In this document: positions 47,808 to 60,064 of the stretch, in pieces
Position numbering within the stretch: position 1 is the first letter of the stretch
How the letters are laid out: every line of letters starts with the position of its first letter
Program-made: the position numbers and the translations under genes
The notes under the pieces: model-generated
The model's database searches: none
Seen by the model: only the letters and a program-made list of their open reading frames with translations
Told to the model about the DNA's origin: nothing
Assembly (NCBI GenBank): GCA_002269645.1
Contig: NIVC01000127.1
Coordinates: 434,001-498,000, forward strand
Source: Macrostomum lignano
Lineage: Eukaryota
Direction of reading: 5' to 3'
Length of the DNA stretch: 64,000 nucleotides

Positions 47808-48107
47808 GCCCAAGCAACAGCTCAGATGGTGCCAGTCATGACTCGGTTTCTCAGACACCTGGCCAGTGTGCACCAACGCTACGGCAGTCTTCCGACGGAG
47901 GTGCTTCAGCAGGTGCTCAAGCAGTACTGGGGCGAGATGACCAAGGAGCAGCCGCGGCTAATTGACTACTCAAACAAGTTGTTATGCGCATTGAACCAAA
48001 GGCACAAAATGTCGCAAGAGGTGCCCACGAAATGCTCAAACGTTTGCCTGGACGAGCAGTACCAGTACAGCGTTGGGCAGACCCCCTGGCCCGTGCAGGA
48101 TCCCAAA
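47808..48107 (+). CDS. DEG/ENaC exon 2 (5' boundary uncertain; phase-0 acceptors at 47781, 47808 or about 47826)
   Basis: KCSNVCLDEQYQYSVGQTPWP fits the thumb-end C-x3-C...Y...WP motif; donor AAA|gtgagt. Confidence 0.75.
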
Positions 48108-48214
48108 GTGAGTTTTGCCCGCTTCGGTCTCATGACTGTTGAGCACCAATGATTTGCCCGCAAGACCTAAAACTGACTTCACACAGAATCTCTATTGTTC
48201 TCAAAACTGTACAG

Positions 48215-48325
48215 AAGCTCATACTCCCCATACCGAATCTTCCAATACCAAATCTTCCCATGCCGAATCTTCCCATACCGAATCTTCCCATTACCGAAAT
48301 CTTCCCATTACCGAAATCTTCCCAT
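48215..48325. repeat. 15-bp minisatellite (CCGAATCTTCCCATA)n in DEG/ENaC intron 2
   Basis: About 7 units. Confidence 0.85.
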
Positions 48326-48407
48326 GCAGCAACTTCATCAAAGAGAGGTATTCTCGCTATTAACTGTGAGCCTTGAATCAAATGAGCCTCATTACCTCGA
48401 TAAACAG

Positions 48408-49052
48408 GTCCGCGGCTCCACCATCCAGCTTGGCAAGCTCTCTCAGCTACTGCTCGAGTACTCGGAATCCGTGGCCACGGTGGAGCCGCGCACCGCCCTG
48501 CTGCGCTCCCTACGGCCGGAGAACTTCAGCCAGTGCGCGCAGCTTCGCTTCGACTCGGCGGCCAGCATCGGCTCGGAGCGGCAGCGCCTCGAGCAGCTGC
48601 GAGTGGAGTGCCGGCCGCTGCAGAGCTTCTTACACCGGCACCTGTCCCAGCTGAGAATCTTCGCCAGGTCGCTCAACGTCCAGGTGCTGCAGGAGGAGCG
48701 CAGCTACACGGCAATCTCGCTCATGTCGGACCTCGGAGGCATCAGCGGCCTGTGGATCGGCGCCAGCTTCGTCAGTATATTCGAGATTGGCGAAATTCTC
48801 TGGCTGATGCTCAGCCTGACGGCGCTGCGGATTCGCATGGCTATCGCCAGGGTCAGCATGCGGGACGACGAGACGCCGGACAGCGCGCCGAATCACGTGA
48901 CCCCACCGTGGCAGCCCCAGGGTCAGGCAAAGCTGCTCGGCCGGGAGACCGACCCGCAGGGCCTGTTGAGAGCCGCCAATTGTCAGTTGGGGTCGAACCA
49001 ACAACTGCACAACGGGCCGGAGCACACGGACTTTCTGGTTTCAACTGTGTAG
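48408..49052 (+). CDS. DEG/ENaC exon 3 (terminal, TM2)
   Basis: Acceptor taaacag|GTC is phase 0; EERSYTAISLMSDLGGISGLWIGASFVSIFE is TM2 with the GAS selectivity filter. Confidence 0.93.
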   Translation, partial: VRGSTIQLGKLSQLLLEYSESVATVEPRTALLRSLRPENFSQCAQLRFDSAASIGSERQRLEQLRVECRPLQSFLHRHLSQLRIFARSLNVQVLQEERSYTAISLMSDLGGISGLWIGASFVSIFEIGEILWLMLSLTALRIRMAIARVSMRDDETPDSAPNHVTPPWQPQGQAKLLGRETDPQGLLRAANCQLGSNQQLHNGPEHTDFLVSTV

Positions 49053-49140
49053 TGAAAGGTAGCTGGGCAGGCATTGGAGCTTCGCTGTCAGAATTTTCTC
49101 CTTATAATTAGAAAAGGGAATAAATTATGTTTTTAATCCT

Positions 49141-49490
49141 TAGATTAGCAATCCACTGAGATTAGCAATCCACTGAGATTAGAAATCCACTGAGATTAGC
49201 AATCCACTGAGATTAGCAATCCACTGAGATTAGCAATCCACTGAAATTAGCAATCCACTGAGATTAGAAATCCACTGAGATATCCACTGAGATTAGCAAT
49301 CCACTGAGATTAGCAATCCACTGAGATTAGCAATCCACTGAGATTAGCAATCCACTGAGATTAGAAATCCACTGAGATTAGCAATCCACTGAGATTAGCA
49401 ATCCACTGAGATTAGAAATCCACTGAGATTAGCAATCCACTGAGATTAGCAATCTTCTGAGATTAGCAATCCACTGAGATTAGAAACCTT
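49141..49490. repeat. 17-bp minisatellite (GAGATTAGCAATCCACT)n
   Basis: About 20 units, 89 bp after the channel stop codon. Confidence 0.94.
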
Positions 49491-49829
49491 TAGCAAAAGA
49501 TAAGCCATGCACATTTTCTCCCTGACTTTCAGAAGCAGTCCCACCGAGTCCCAGGTTGGCAACAAGCAAAGTGGTCAAGCGAACAGGCCATTTTGGATGC
49601 AAAAATAACACTGACTGATTCGATTCAATGGCTGGACCACTGAAGCCCCAGCCGTTCCCTCAAGGTATTATTTTCAATGCGCATTACCTGTAGCTTGCTT
49701 CCCCCCCCCAGGTGCTAATAATTCTCCTCCGCCGAATTATTTTTTGTTTAAATTCGTGCAATTATTTCTCGTCAGAATAATATCATCGTGCCTTGACCAA
49801 TGATAGATAGCTAGTTTGTGTCATGCTTA

Positions 49830-50055
49830 ATTTCTTATTCTACGTACATTTGCATATGTCCCGTGCCCAAAAACCATTAAAATGGCACGGCTCAGCTCAT
49901 TGGTTTTATGAATCTATTTTTATCGTTTTCAGCTAACTGTGTAACAATATGTGTAACAGATATGATAAAATAAATTTATAAAACCAGAAAGTCGAGCTGC
50001 GCCGTGAGTTTTTATCATTTTTAGGTACATGGAATGTACGTAGAATACATAGAAT
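49830..50055. mobile_element. Possible small MITE with degenerate inverted arms
   Basis: ATTCTACGTACATT (about 49837) and AATGTACGTAGAAT (about 50034), plus CACGGCTCAGCTC / GAGCTGCGCCGTG. Confidence 0.45.
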
Positions 50056-52386
50056 CCTAATTTTCTATAAGAGCTATAAGAAAGGCACAGCATATCAAAA
50101 GATGAACATTGGGTTTGCCTCCTATCGAAAGCAATAACAATTTTTGTGCTGAAAAAAATGAAAAATTCCTATCTCCGTAAGTGTATTTTTCGGCGAAAAA
50201 TAGCCTTATAAACATTTTCTAAGAAACGAAGCTACCCGTCCATCTACTCCTAAGTGGTCCACAGCCCAATGAAGCTGGAAAAGTTGAATTCTTCCAGAAT
50301 CAATCAAAGTTTCCTAAACTCAATTATACTGTATGTAATTATTGCGTAATCATGGAAAGCACCGCTTGCCTTTTAGCTGTTGCATTTTATAATTTGCGTA
50401 CACTGCAGTAAGAACTGGCTTGAGTGACAAAAAATTATAATAAAGAAATTTAAAGAACACTCGACATCAGCGCCGTGCTACTATAAGTAGTTTTATTAAC
50501 GATTTCTCAATTTATGTTTAAAGGACTTAAGTCTGGTTATCAGTGGTAGCTACGGCTCTATATAGGATTAAGGCCCCAACTGTAAAAATGGCCTCTAGTG
50601 TCCTAAAACGTGCCAAAAAATCTTGGATAAATTCTATCGAATTTCTATTGCCAACACTTTCATAATTCCTGTAATTTTACCATTCCTGAAGATTCTCCTT
50701 ACTGTGGATCCCCTACGAGCATAAAGACTATCTCTTCCTGAAAATTCCCCTCTATGAGGAGCTCCCCTCCCTGAAAATTGGAAAATAGGATTCCCCCTAC
50801 CTGAATCAACCACTCAATGAGGATCCTCCCCTACCTGAAGACTTCCCCTCCAGAGAACTCCCTATCACTGAACATTCCCGAGATCCTCCTCCTTGCGTAC
50901 AAACCAGGCGGGAATGACTGGGTTTACTCCAAGCATTAAACGAATCAATTAATTTTGCTAGCTAAAGTGTTGATCCCCGCAGTTCGTAGTGCCCTCCTGA
51001 ACAGGTTGCGAGCGCAGCGAATTAGACCGTTTATCATTCGTCTAATCTCAATAAAACTGCCATTGAGCAACAGCTGGCTGGAGTAAAATTGCCAAGTATA
51101 AATGATGGCGAACAATGACTTGGTGAGGTCAGTCTAGGCTTAGGATTTGTAGCGGAATAGTAATCGCTGCATAGGATTAGGCTAAATGACATAAGCCTGG
51201 TTTTGCTGCGACATATTTCTACGGATTTTCTACGTAAAAACGTGTCAATCTACGAGTATATGTTAACTACGTGTACGAGAATGAGGGCTATACCGAAATT
51301 TAGTAAGCTTACTGGGCTTCTGCCATATTAGAATATTTAGATAGAAGACAATAAGTGATTCGCAGGCCCCAAAGCGATCATTACTTATATTATTAGACAT
51401 TAAATTAGGGTCGGGGCTGAGTGTAGATAAGATTAGTAAGGGTGGATTGCGCGACTGAGGGAAGAGAAAAAATTGAAGAGCCAATCAGAAGGCAGCGAGA
51501 GAGAGAGATAAGAATAGCAAGGTTGAACAAGACAGAGAGAAAACAGTAAACAAAGCCAAGAGCAGATGAACTGAATAGATTACTGAGAAAGTTGCGATAA
51601 GGGCTTCAATGAACATTCTAATCTGGTCTTCAAATCCTACTTCAAGTTAAGGTCACGTGTAAAATAACTTTCTTAGTGTGAAAAATAATTACCGGCTTGC
51701 TTTTAGAAATTTGACTAAAGGCAAATTCACTTGATAGTAGATTTAGTTGGGGTGTTTAAAGGTTCTAAGCTTTATAGCTTTTGGGTGTTTAACTATTGTT
51801 TAACAATGTCCCTTTTTGGCGCGAATTTGAACTGGATGTAGTTTAACTGAACTGGAACTTAACAAATATGAGCAACAGGCTCCAATCAAATAATTTTAAG
51901 CATTCCCTTCGTTCGTAACTTTCTAAGAAACAAGTTTCCTGTTCTACTTGAAGTAGTGGTCGTTGATAATTCTCGAATATGGACGAACTTTAGTAAAATA
52001 AAGGGAGAAAAACTAAAGTATAGGAATTTAATCAGAACACATTTTATTCATAATTGTTCATTATAACAAGCAGTTACGCAATGTAATTCCGTCTATCGAT
52101 CAGATAATTAGCATGACGTAGACTCCGACGGCTTGAAACATGACAAGCATCACTAGCAGTCCCAGGCCGATGACTGACAGGGGCACCGACATGTCCATCA
52201 TGCTTCTCGATATGCGTGTGCGTTGAACTGGTTAAGTCGTATAATAATAGCTATAGCTACTAATATATATAATATGCTCGAAGACCTCGAATGCGGCACA
52301 AGCAACTTCAAATGTGGCCTTTTCTACTGTGACTGGGGTCTAAAGGCCTAATAACGTTCTAAAAAAGAGTCGTCTATGGTCAAAAG

Positions 52387-52675
52387 CAGGGGTCCGCAAA
52401 CTTTTTTACATCAGGGCCCAGATATGAAGTCCAGCTCATGGATGCGGGCCAGGCGTGAGAGGAAAGGAGAGGGAGTAGAAAATGAGAGATGAGAGAAGAG
52501 AGGGAGAGGGAAGAGAAGATGAGAAGAGAGAAGAGAGGAGAAGAGAGGAGAGAAAAGAGGAAAGGGGATAGAAAAGAAGGGAGAGAGGACAAAGGAGAAG
52601 AGAAGAGAGCTGAGAAGAGACAGAAACCTTGAGTGGGTCGGATTGCTAGCTTGTATTTTGAAGCTTCAAAGGTCA
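52387..52675 (-). mobile_element. Truncated second copy of the hAT-type MITE, inverted
   Basis: Begins CAGGGGTCCGCAAAC, has a purine microsatellite, then GAGAAGAGACAGAAACCTTGAGTGGGTCGGATTGCTA, the near reverse complement of 41364-41410. Confidence 0.7.
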
Positions 52676-52880
52676 TATGGCACGAGGCACCAAATGCAAA
52701 TCAAGTGGTATAAGTGATCCTTTTCAGTTCAATATCAACAAAACTTGCATTCTATTTCGACAAGCAGACATTCATTTTCATCATTCGATATTTAGCGATA
52801 TTTATCTATACTTCAACTGTCATTCAAATTCGGCAAGGACCCATTCAAATTCGGCAATTGGAAGTTCTATTAGTATATTA

Positions 52881-53597
52881 TACCTTTTTGTGATCTAGTT
52901 TGCCAAAACTGCAATCAATTTTGCCCGCGGAAAAATATCACTTATAATTTTGCTGTCTATACGCCAAGTCTGCTCAGACCAGAGTTTCAGCCACAGACAA
53001 CTTTTTGAAAACTGCAATCAATTTTGTCAAAACTGCGACCTAGTTTGCCCATAGCAAAGAAAACACCACAGAAATACATAGCAAGATCAAAGAATGGCCC
53101 AGCGTGGACCTTATAACAGGATTTCAGCGAAGGACCGGCAGCGATTGATTCAAGCATATCAGGATGGAGAGGACTGGCAAGATTTTGGTAGGCTGTTGGG
53201 CATCTCACGAAGAACCGTGACTTACATAGTTGGACAATTCAACGCAACCGGTTGTATAGAGCCTCTGCCTCGCGGAGGTGCCAAGCGGAGGTCCCTTAAC
53301 AATGCTATGATTGAGAGCATTTATGCCTACGACTACCATTATAAACTCGCTGTTTATTGTTCACTGTTACAGTTTATTCGTCACACTTCCGAATTGATTC
53401 TCAATAAAAAAATCTTCTTGGCTTGCTATGGGCAAACTGGGTGGCAGTTTTGGCAAAATTGATTGCAGTTTTCAAAGAGTTGTCTGTGGCTGAAACTCTG
53501 GTCTGAGCAGACTTGGCCTGGACAGCAGAATTATAAGTGATATTTTTCCGCGGGCGAAATTGATTGCAGTTTTGGCAAACTAGATCACAAAAAGGTA
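52881..53597 (+). mobile_element. Internally deleted Tc1/IS630-like element with about 175-bp TIRs (IR/DR type)
   Basis: 52881-53057 is the near reverse complement of 53423-53597; TA flanks; internal ORF from 53094 (RQRLIQAYQDG...LGISRRTVTYIVGQFNATG...PRGGAKRR) resembles a transposase N-terminal HTH, with no DDE domain. Confidence 0.85.
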
Positions 53598-54719
53598 TAT
53601 TACCCAGGCTTTAAGGGTGATAATGGGAAAGCCAGAGGGCGCCGAAGGGATTTCTCATTATCGCCCGCAAATCCTGGGTAATACTGTGATTGTATCATGA
53701 CTTCGTGGCTATCGGGCGGGCTGATATTCGATTATTGCCATAGACGATTTCATTTTGGCCCGAAAAGTCGGGCCGATAATGGATTATTTCCTTTATTCTT
53801 TCTCTTATAGTTGAACTGCATAGTTTTATCACTAAATCAATAATCAATCAATAGATAATGGGCAGATAATAGATAGCGCGTCAGCGGAATGGGCAGAATT
53901 GCCGGGACGATGTCGCCGAAGGCGTTGACGTGCTCCGGTGCCCGCATCCCTCCTGCAAATATTTCAATTTATATCTGTAATCTTGATGGACTCAAATCAG
54001 TTAAGAGCTCTTCAGACACGGTCAGTGTACAATGAATTAAGCAATAATTAATATATACTGTCGTATGGTTACCAGAAAGTACAATCATTAAATAACATAG
54101 CTTATATTTCAGAATAGTTTTAGTTTGCCAAAACTAAAAGCTGTTTCAGACGAATGATAATCATAAATATATAATGTTGCATTAATATTAGCATTCGATC
54201 GTTGTTTTAATCGCAAAAAAAGTCACCTTGTCAGAAAAATTGTATTTTCAAGGGTCACACTGACTGTAGTGGATTCATTCCATTATTTGCTGCATTTTGA
54301 TTTAAAAAGCTCGTACATTGCTACTGCACAGACTGATAAGTAGAGAGTAAAGCGCGAGAATAACAAATTTAAGTGGTAAAATGGAAGATTTCATAATCGG
54401 GTCGTGGGGTGTTTGATTTTGAATTTACTTTAGTTTTTGAGCAGTGTAAGAAGCACTGCGGACAGATCCAAATGTATAATTATAAAACTGAGTCATTTTT
54501 TAGTCTATCAACCCAATTCGTATTGTGGAATATCAGGTGCACTCGCAGGCAAGATGATTGCATGGACCAACTCAAGCAGTATGACGTTACACAGGCAAAT
54601 CGTGCAAATCGTTTGATGATTCGGTGCTTCCGGAAACTTGCAGAGAAAGCAGGCGGTTCGCACGGTCTGCAAGTGCAGCGGTCTTCTGCTTTAGCGGTCC
54701 ATGGTCCATTGATGGACGG

Positions 54720-54880
54720 TTACAGATTGCTGAGCAGCAGCAGCAGCAGCAGCCAGGATGCTGTGGACAGCAGACTGCGGCCGCCCAGCCCGGCCCCGGC
54801 TGATCGGGCCGAGCCTTTGGCTCCCTGTAGGGTGCTGCCTGCTGGGTGGAATCGGGTATGGCGCCTTTGCTTATTAACTA
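54720..54880 (-). CDS. IgLON/Lachesin-like protein, terminal exon with GPI-anchor-type signal
   Basis: ...GAKGSARSAGAGLGGRSLLSTASWLLLLLLLSNL*: small-residue omega region plus hydrophobic tail. Phase-1 acceptors at 54880 or 54877 (weak polypyrimidine tract). Confidence 0.6.
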
Positions 54881-54894
54881 CTTTGCCCAAGAGG

Positions 54895-56430
54895 AAATCG
54901 GTCAGGACGGACAGTGAATCGGTTAGGAGGGACAGTGAATCGGTCAGGACGGACAGTGAATCGGTCAGGACGGACAGTGAATCGGTCAGGACGGACAGTG
55001 AATCGGTCAGGACGGACAGTGAATCGGTCAGGAGGGACAGTGAATCGGTTAGGAGGGACAGTGAATCGGTCAGGACGGAGAGTGAATCGGTCAGGGGGGA
55101 CGGTGAATCGGTCAGGGGGGACGGTGAATCGGTCAGTATGGAGTGTGAATCGGTCAGGAGGGACAGTGAATCGGTCAGGAGGGACGGTGAGTCGGTCAGG
55201 GGGGACAGTAAATCGGTCAGGAGGGACAGTGAATCGGTCAGGAGGGACAGTGAATCGGTCAGGAGAGACGGTGAATCGGTCAGGATGGACGGTGAATCGG
55301 TCAGGAGGGACGGTGAATCGGTCAGGAGGGACGGTGAATCGGTCAGAATGGGCAGTGAGTCGGTCAGAATGGACAGTGAGTCGGTCAGAATGGACAGTGA
55401 GTCGGTCAGAATGGACGGTGAATCGGTCAGGAGGGACGGTGAATCGGTCAGGAGGGACGGTGAATCGGTCAGAATGGACAGTGAGTCGGTCAGAATGGAC
55501 AGTGAGTCGGTCAGAATGGATAGTGAATCGGTCAGGAGGGACAGTGAATCGGTTAGTAGCGACAGTGAATCGGTCAGGAGGGACGGTGAATCGGTCAGGA
55601 GGGACGGTGAATCGGTCAGAATGGACAGTGAGTCGGTCAGAATGGACAGTGAGTCGGTCAGAATGGACAGTGAATCGGTCAGAATGGACAGTGAATCGGT
55701 CAGAATGGACAATGAATCGGTCAGGAGGGACAGTGAATCGGTTAGTAGCGACAGTGAATCGGTCAGGAGGGACAGTGAATCGGTTAGGATTCACTGTTCA
55801 TTGTGAATCGGTTAGGAGGGACGGTGAATCGGTCAGGAGGGACAGTGAATCGGTCAGGAGGGACGGTGAATCGCTCAGGATGGACGGTGAATCGGTCAGG
55901 AGGGACAGTGAATCGGTCAGGATGGACAGTGAATCGGTCAGTATGGACAGTGAATCGGTCAGGAGGGACAGTGAATCGGTCAGGATGGACAGTGAATCGG
56001 TCAGAATGGACAGTGAATCGGTCAGAATGGACAGTGAATCGGTCAGGAGGGACAGTGAATCGGTTAGTAGCGACAGTGAATCGGTCAGGAGGGACAGTGA
56101 ATCGGTTAGTAGCGACAGTGAATCGGTCAGGAGGGACAGTGAATCGGTTAGGATTCACTGTCCATTGTGAATCGGTTAGGAGGGACGGTGAATCGGTCAG
56201 GAGGGACGGTGAATCGGTCAGGGGGGACGGTGAATCGCTCAGGATGGACGGTGAATCGGTCAGGAGGGACAGTGAATCGGTCAGGATGGACAGTGAATCG
56301 GTCAGTATGGACAGTGAATCGGTCAGGAGGGACAGTGAATCGGTCAGGATGGACAGTGAATCGGTCAGTATGGACAGTAAATCGGTTAGGAGGGACAGTG
56401 AATCGGTTAGGAGGGACAGTGAATCGGTCA
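54895..56430. repeat. 21-bp minisatellite (GAATCGGTCAGGAGGGACAGT)n
   Basis: About 70 units; source of ORFs 54409-56449. Confidence 0.96.
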
Positions 56431-56453
56431 TATGACTGACAGCAGTCACTCAC

Positions 56454-56573
56454 TGGCATGCCTGTTCCCCGGTGCCGTTGCGTCGGTGGCTCTGTCAGAG
56501 CCGGTAAGCACCTGCCCGGACACCGGCCTCTGTGGCGGCTCCCGGGTGATCTCCGGCTGCGCGTCCTCCACTT
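56454..56573 (-). CDS. IgLON/Lachesin-like protein, linker exon (EVEDAQPEITREPPQRP...)
   Basis: Acceptor ctcctgcag|AA and donor A|gtgagt; 120 nt, phase 1-1, open. Confidence 0.7.
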
Positions 56574-57104
56574 CTGCAGGAGATTGCGGGAGCATTTCGG
56601 GAAATATTTGAACATTCGAGGTTTAAAGAAATGTTCTTACAGCAAAAAATGATCAATTGAAAGTGAAACAACAGCAGCAGAAACTAATGCGGAGAAATTC
56701 ACAGAGGAAAACTTGGCGGAGACAAATACAAAAGCAACGCAAATCTTGCCGGCTAGCACAAACACCATAGCAACTGAGCCCCGCGACTCCCCAGCCTGTC
56801 AGGCAGTCAGTCACTGTGCGCGGCCCACCCCCACCTCCCCATATTCTATGCGAAGCCGCCTTGTTGTAAACAAGTGGACCCGTGGGCTCGCTGAAATCCT
56901 TTGATGGATGCCAGTTATTCTTCAAGCGAGGCCGGTTATCTTTGTGTCCGAGCTTCTACCTGGCCTGTCTCTGCTGTTTACGAATCAGCTCCCACTTTGG
57001 GGGGTCTTCATTATCTACTGGCTCTTTTTCTGTCTCCGACTTTTTGTTTCCGTGACTGCTTTTGCAAGCAAAAGGCAGGGATTCGTGGAATATAGAACCT
57101 TGTC

Positions 57105-57505
57105 TCAGTTGTCTCCCTTGTCTCCCTTGTCTCCCTACTCACCCTACTCTCCCTACACTCCCTAATCTCCCTACTCTCCCTACTCTCCCAACCCTCCCTA
57201 CTCTCCCTACTCTCCCTACTCTCCCTACTCTCCCTACTCTCCCTACTCTCCCAACCCTCCCTACTCTCCCTACTCTCCCTACTCTCCCTACTCTCCCTAC
57301 TCTCCCTACTCTCCCTACTCTCCGTACTCTCCCTACTCTCCCTACTCTCCCTACTCTCCCTACTCTCCCTACTCTCCCTACTCTCCGTACTCTCCCTACT
57401 CTCCCTACTCTCCCTACCCTCCCTACTCTCCCTACTCTCCATACTCTCCCTACTCTCCCTAACCTCCCTACTCTCCTTACTCTCCCTACTCTCCCTACTC
57501 TCCCT
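57105..57505. repeat. 9-bp repeat (TACTCTCCC)n
   Basis: About 44 units. Confidence 0.95.
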
Positions 57506-57924
57506 TGTCTCTCTCGTGGGCAGGAACTCGAAATAAAAGTGCATCAAATGAAACAGCTATGTTAAAAAATGAAAAATTTTGATGAGTGACACTCATAAAC
57601 TAAAGTGAGAGGAAAGAACTTTCTGTCAACTAAAAAACTATCAAGTAGTAAAGTGTACTCTAGGAGCGTGACAGCTCAGACATAGCTAGTACAGTGCGGC
57701 AAAGTACACGTGCACACTCTACTCAACACAAACTCGAGTAAAAGTGCACTTAAATACGCGTAATTTAATTGTGTGAGGTGGGTGAGGTGACTGCCCGGAG
57801 GTGCAGGGTGGTACCTGCTCTGATTGGCCGGAACACGTCTGGCAAGAGGCCAGACCGCCGAGCGCTGCCGAAGCTGTCCCGCACTTCTGAAGAGTCGAGT
57901 AGATTAATTGATTGCGCGGTGATG

Positions 57925-58265
57925 GTGGGATCTGGAGATGATTGGATCTGAGAATGATGGGATCTGAGGATGATGGGATCTGAGCATGATGAGATCTGAG
58001 GATGATGAGATCTGAGTAGGATGAAATCTGAGTAGGATGGGATCTGAGTAGGATGGGATCTGAGTAGGATGGGATCTGAGTATGATGGGATCTGAGTATG
58101 ATGGGATCTGAGTATGATGGGATCTGAGGATGAGCGGATATGAGTGTGATGGGATATGAGTATAATAGGATCTGAGGATGATAGGATCTGAGTATGGTGG
58201 AATCTGAAGATGATGGGATCTGAGGATGATGGGATCTGAGGATGATGGAAGGATGCTGGGATCTG
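57925..58265. repeat. 15-bp minisatellite (GATGGGATCTGAGKA)n
   Basis: About 22 diverged units. Confidence 0.92.
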
Positions 58266-58393
58266 GAAACGGCAGTGCTAAAAAGCGGAGAGCGAATACA
58301 CATCCGTTCGAATACCCTGTCTCAAGTTAAAAAGCCGATCCCATTCCTCCGATCCCATACCCTTCGGGAACCTCCAAAGGCGGCTCAACTCAC

Positions 58394-58711
58394 CCAGCAC
58401 GCTGGCAGACTTGCGGTCGGTGCCCAGCTTGGACCTGGCCACGCAGAAGTACTGCCCGAAGTCCGCGGCGGTGAGGTTCCGGATCAGCAGGTCCATGCGG
58501 ATCACAGAGCCGCCCGGCCGGCTAAGGTACACGCAGTGCTTCAGGCTGGAGGACTCGCAGCTACTGCCGCTGCCAGACGGTCGGAACATCAGCGAGCGAT
58601 GCTCCCAGTAGAATTCTTGCAGCGGATTACCGGTGATGACGCACATCACCATGGTGGACAGGCCGCGTCGCTGGGAGATTTCCTCGTTCACTATGGAGAC
58701 TGCGGGCTTGT
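58394..58711 (-). CDS. IgLON/Lachesin-like protein, Ig domain 3 exon
   Basis: YKPAV...MCVITGNP...FYW...LLIRNLTAADFGQYFCVARSKLG. Acceptor tatttacag|AC, donor G|gtgagt, phase 1-1. Confidence 0.9.
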
Positions 58712-58969
58712 CTGTAAATAGTGTGTATAATAGGATGTAACAGCATGACTTCTCTCAGAGCAATTTCTTTACTCTAAGAGGTAGAAAATCTTCACGCTCT
58801 CAAGCGTTTAATGGACGGTTTCAGCTTACTAGTAGTTCAACGATCACATGAAGCTTAAGGTGGCTAAATACGATATAAGTAATTATATCGGGGTTATAAA
58901 TTCAGTAAAAAAATTACTGAAGACCGCCGAACGCGCTAAAATGGAGCGAAATGACCGTTTATTTCCATC

Positions 58970-59395
58970 TAGGGTTCACTGCCTGCCCCAGACTGGCCTA
59001 GGCTGGGAGGGGAGGGGTTTACTGCCTGCCCCAGACTGGCCTAGGCTGGGGGGGGGGGTTCACTGCCTGCCCCAGACTGGCCTAGGCTGGGAGGGGAGGG
59101 GTTTACTGCCTGCCCCAGACTGGCCTAGGCTGGGGGGGGGGGTTCACTGCCTGCCCCAGACTGGCCTAGGCTGGGGGGGTTCACTGCCTCCCCCAGACTG
59201 GCCTAGGCTGGGGGGGGGTCACTGCCTGCCCCAGACTGGCCTAGGCTGGGGGGGGTTCACTGCCTGCCCCAGACCGGCCTAGGCTGGGGTGGGGTTTACT
59301 GTCTGCCCCAGACCGGCCTAGGCTGGGGTGGGGTTTACTGTCTGCCCCAGACCGGCCTAGGCTGGGGTAAGGGTTCACTGTCTGTCCCAAACCAG
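58970..59395. repeat. About 38-45-bp G-rich minisatellite (CTGCCTGCCCCAGACTGGCCTAGGCTGGG...)
   Basis: About 10 units with a variable G run. Confidence 0.9.
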
Positions 59396-59718
59396 CCTAG
59401 GGGAGGGGGTTGTTTGCTGAATCATGCTGGCTACACTTTAAATTAATAAATATAAGTTTCAGACCGTGGTTAGTACGATCGTAATGCAGTTGAAATAGGC
59501 TGCTCGCGGCATCGTCGTTAAGGCAGCCATCGTGAGTGACCTCCCACATTTTCAGCACTGTACAAGAAGCTGTACGAGAAGCTTTACAAAAGGTTCTATC
59601 TATACTCTTATTTCCATTATACAACTAAGCATGCAAACCTTTGTTCAACAGAAATCAGGAAAGGTGAACAAAAATGTTTATGCTCTCATTCTACTAATTC
59701 TATCTCCCAGCAGCTCAC

Positions 59719-59847
59719 ATTGGACGGTGATGTTGAACCGCTTGCTGGCAGACGGCAGCATTTTATCGTTGGAGGCGATGCAGATGAAGGTGCCCTGGCA
59801 CTGCCGGGTGACGTTGCTAATCGAGTATCGCTGACCTTCGCCCACGG
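59719..59847 (-). CDS. IgLON/Lachesin-like protein, Ig domain 2 second half
   Basis: PVGEGQRYSISNVTRQCQGTFICIASNDKMLPSASKRFNITVQ. Acceptor cccgcag|CC, donor T|gtgagc, phase 1-1. Confidence 0.9.
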
Positions 59848-60064
59848 CTGCGGGCGTAAAATAGATTAAATGTTAAATATGAAATAATTAGTTCGCTGAT
59901 TTCTCAAATCGGTCAGGACCGAATCCTAAAAAATCTTCGGTTTTAGAGGTCCTTGAATGCAGTTAAAAATATTGAATAGTAAATTTATTCGCCGTGAAAT
60001 CGTTCCACAACCAAGGTTAAGGCGATTCTGCCATTTCGCTGACTCCTGAACTCATAAAATTACA

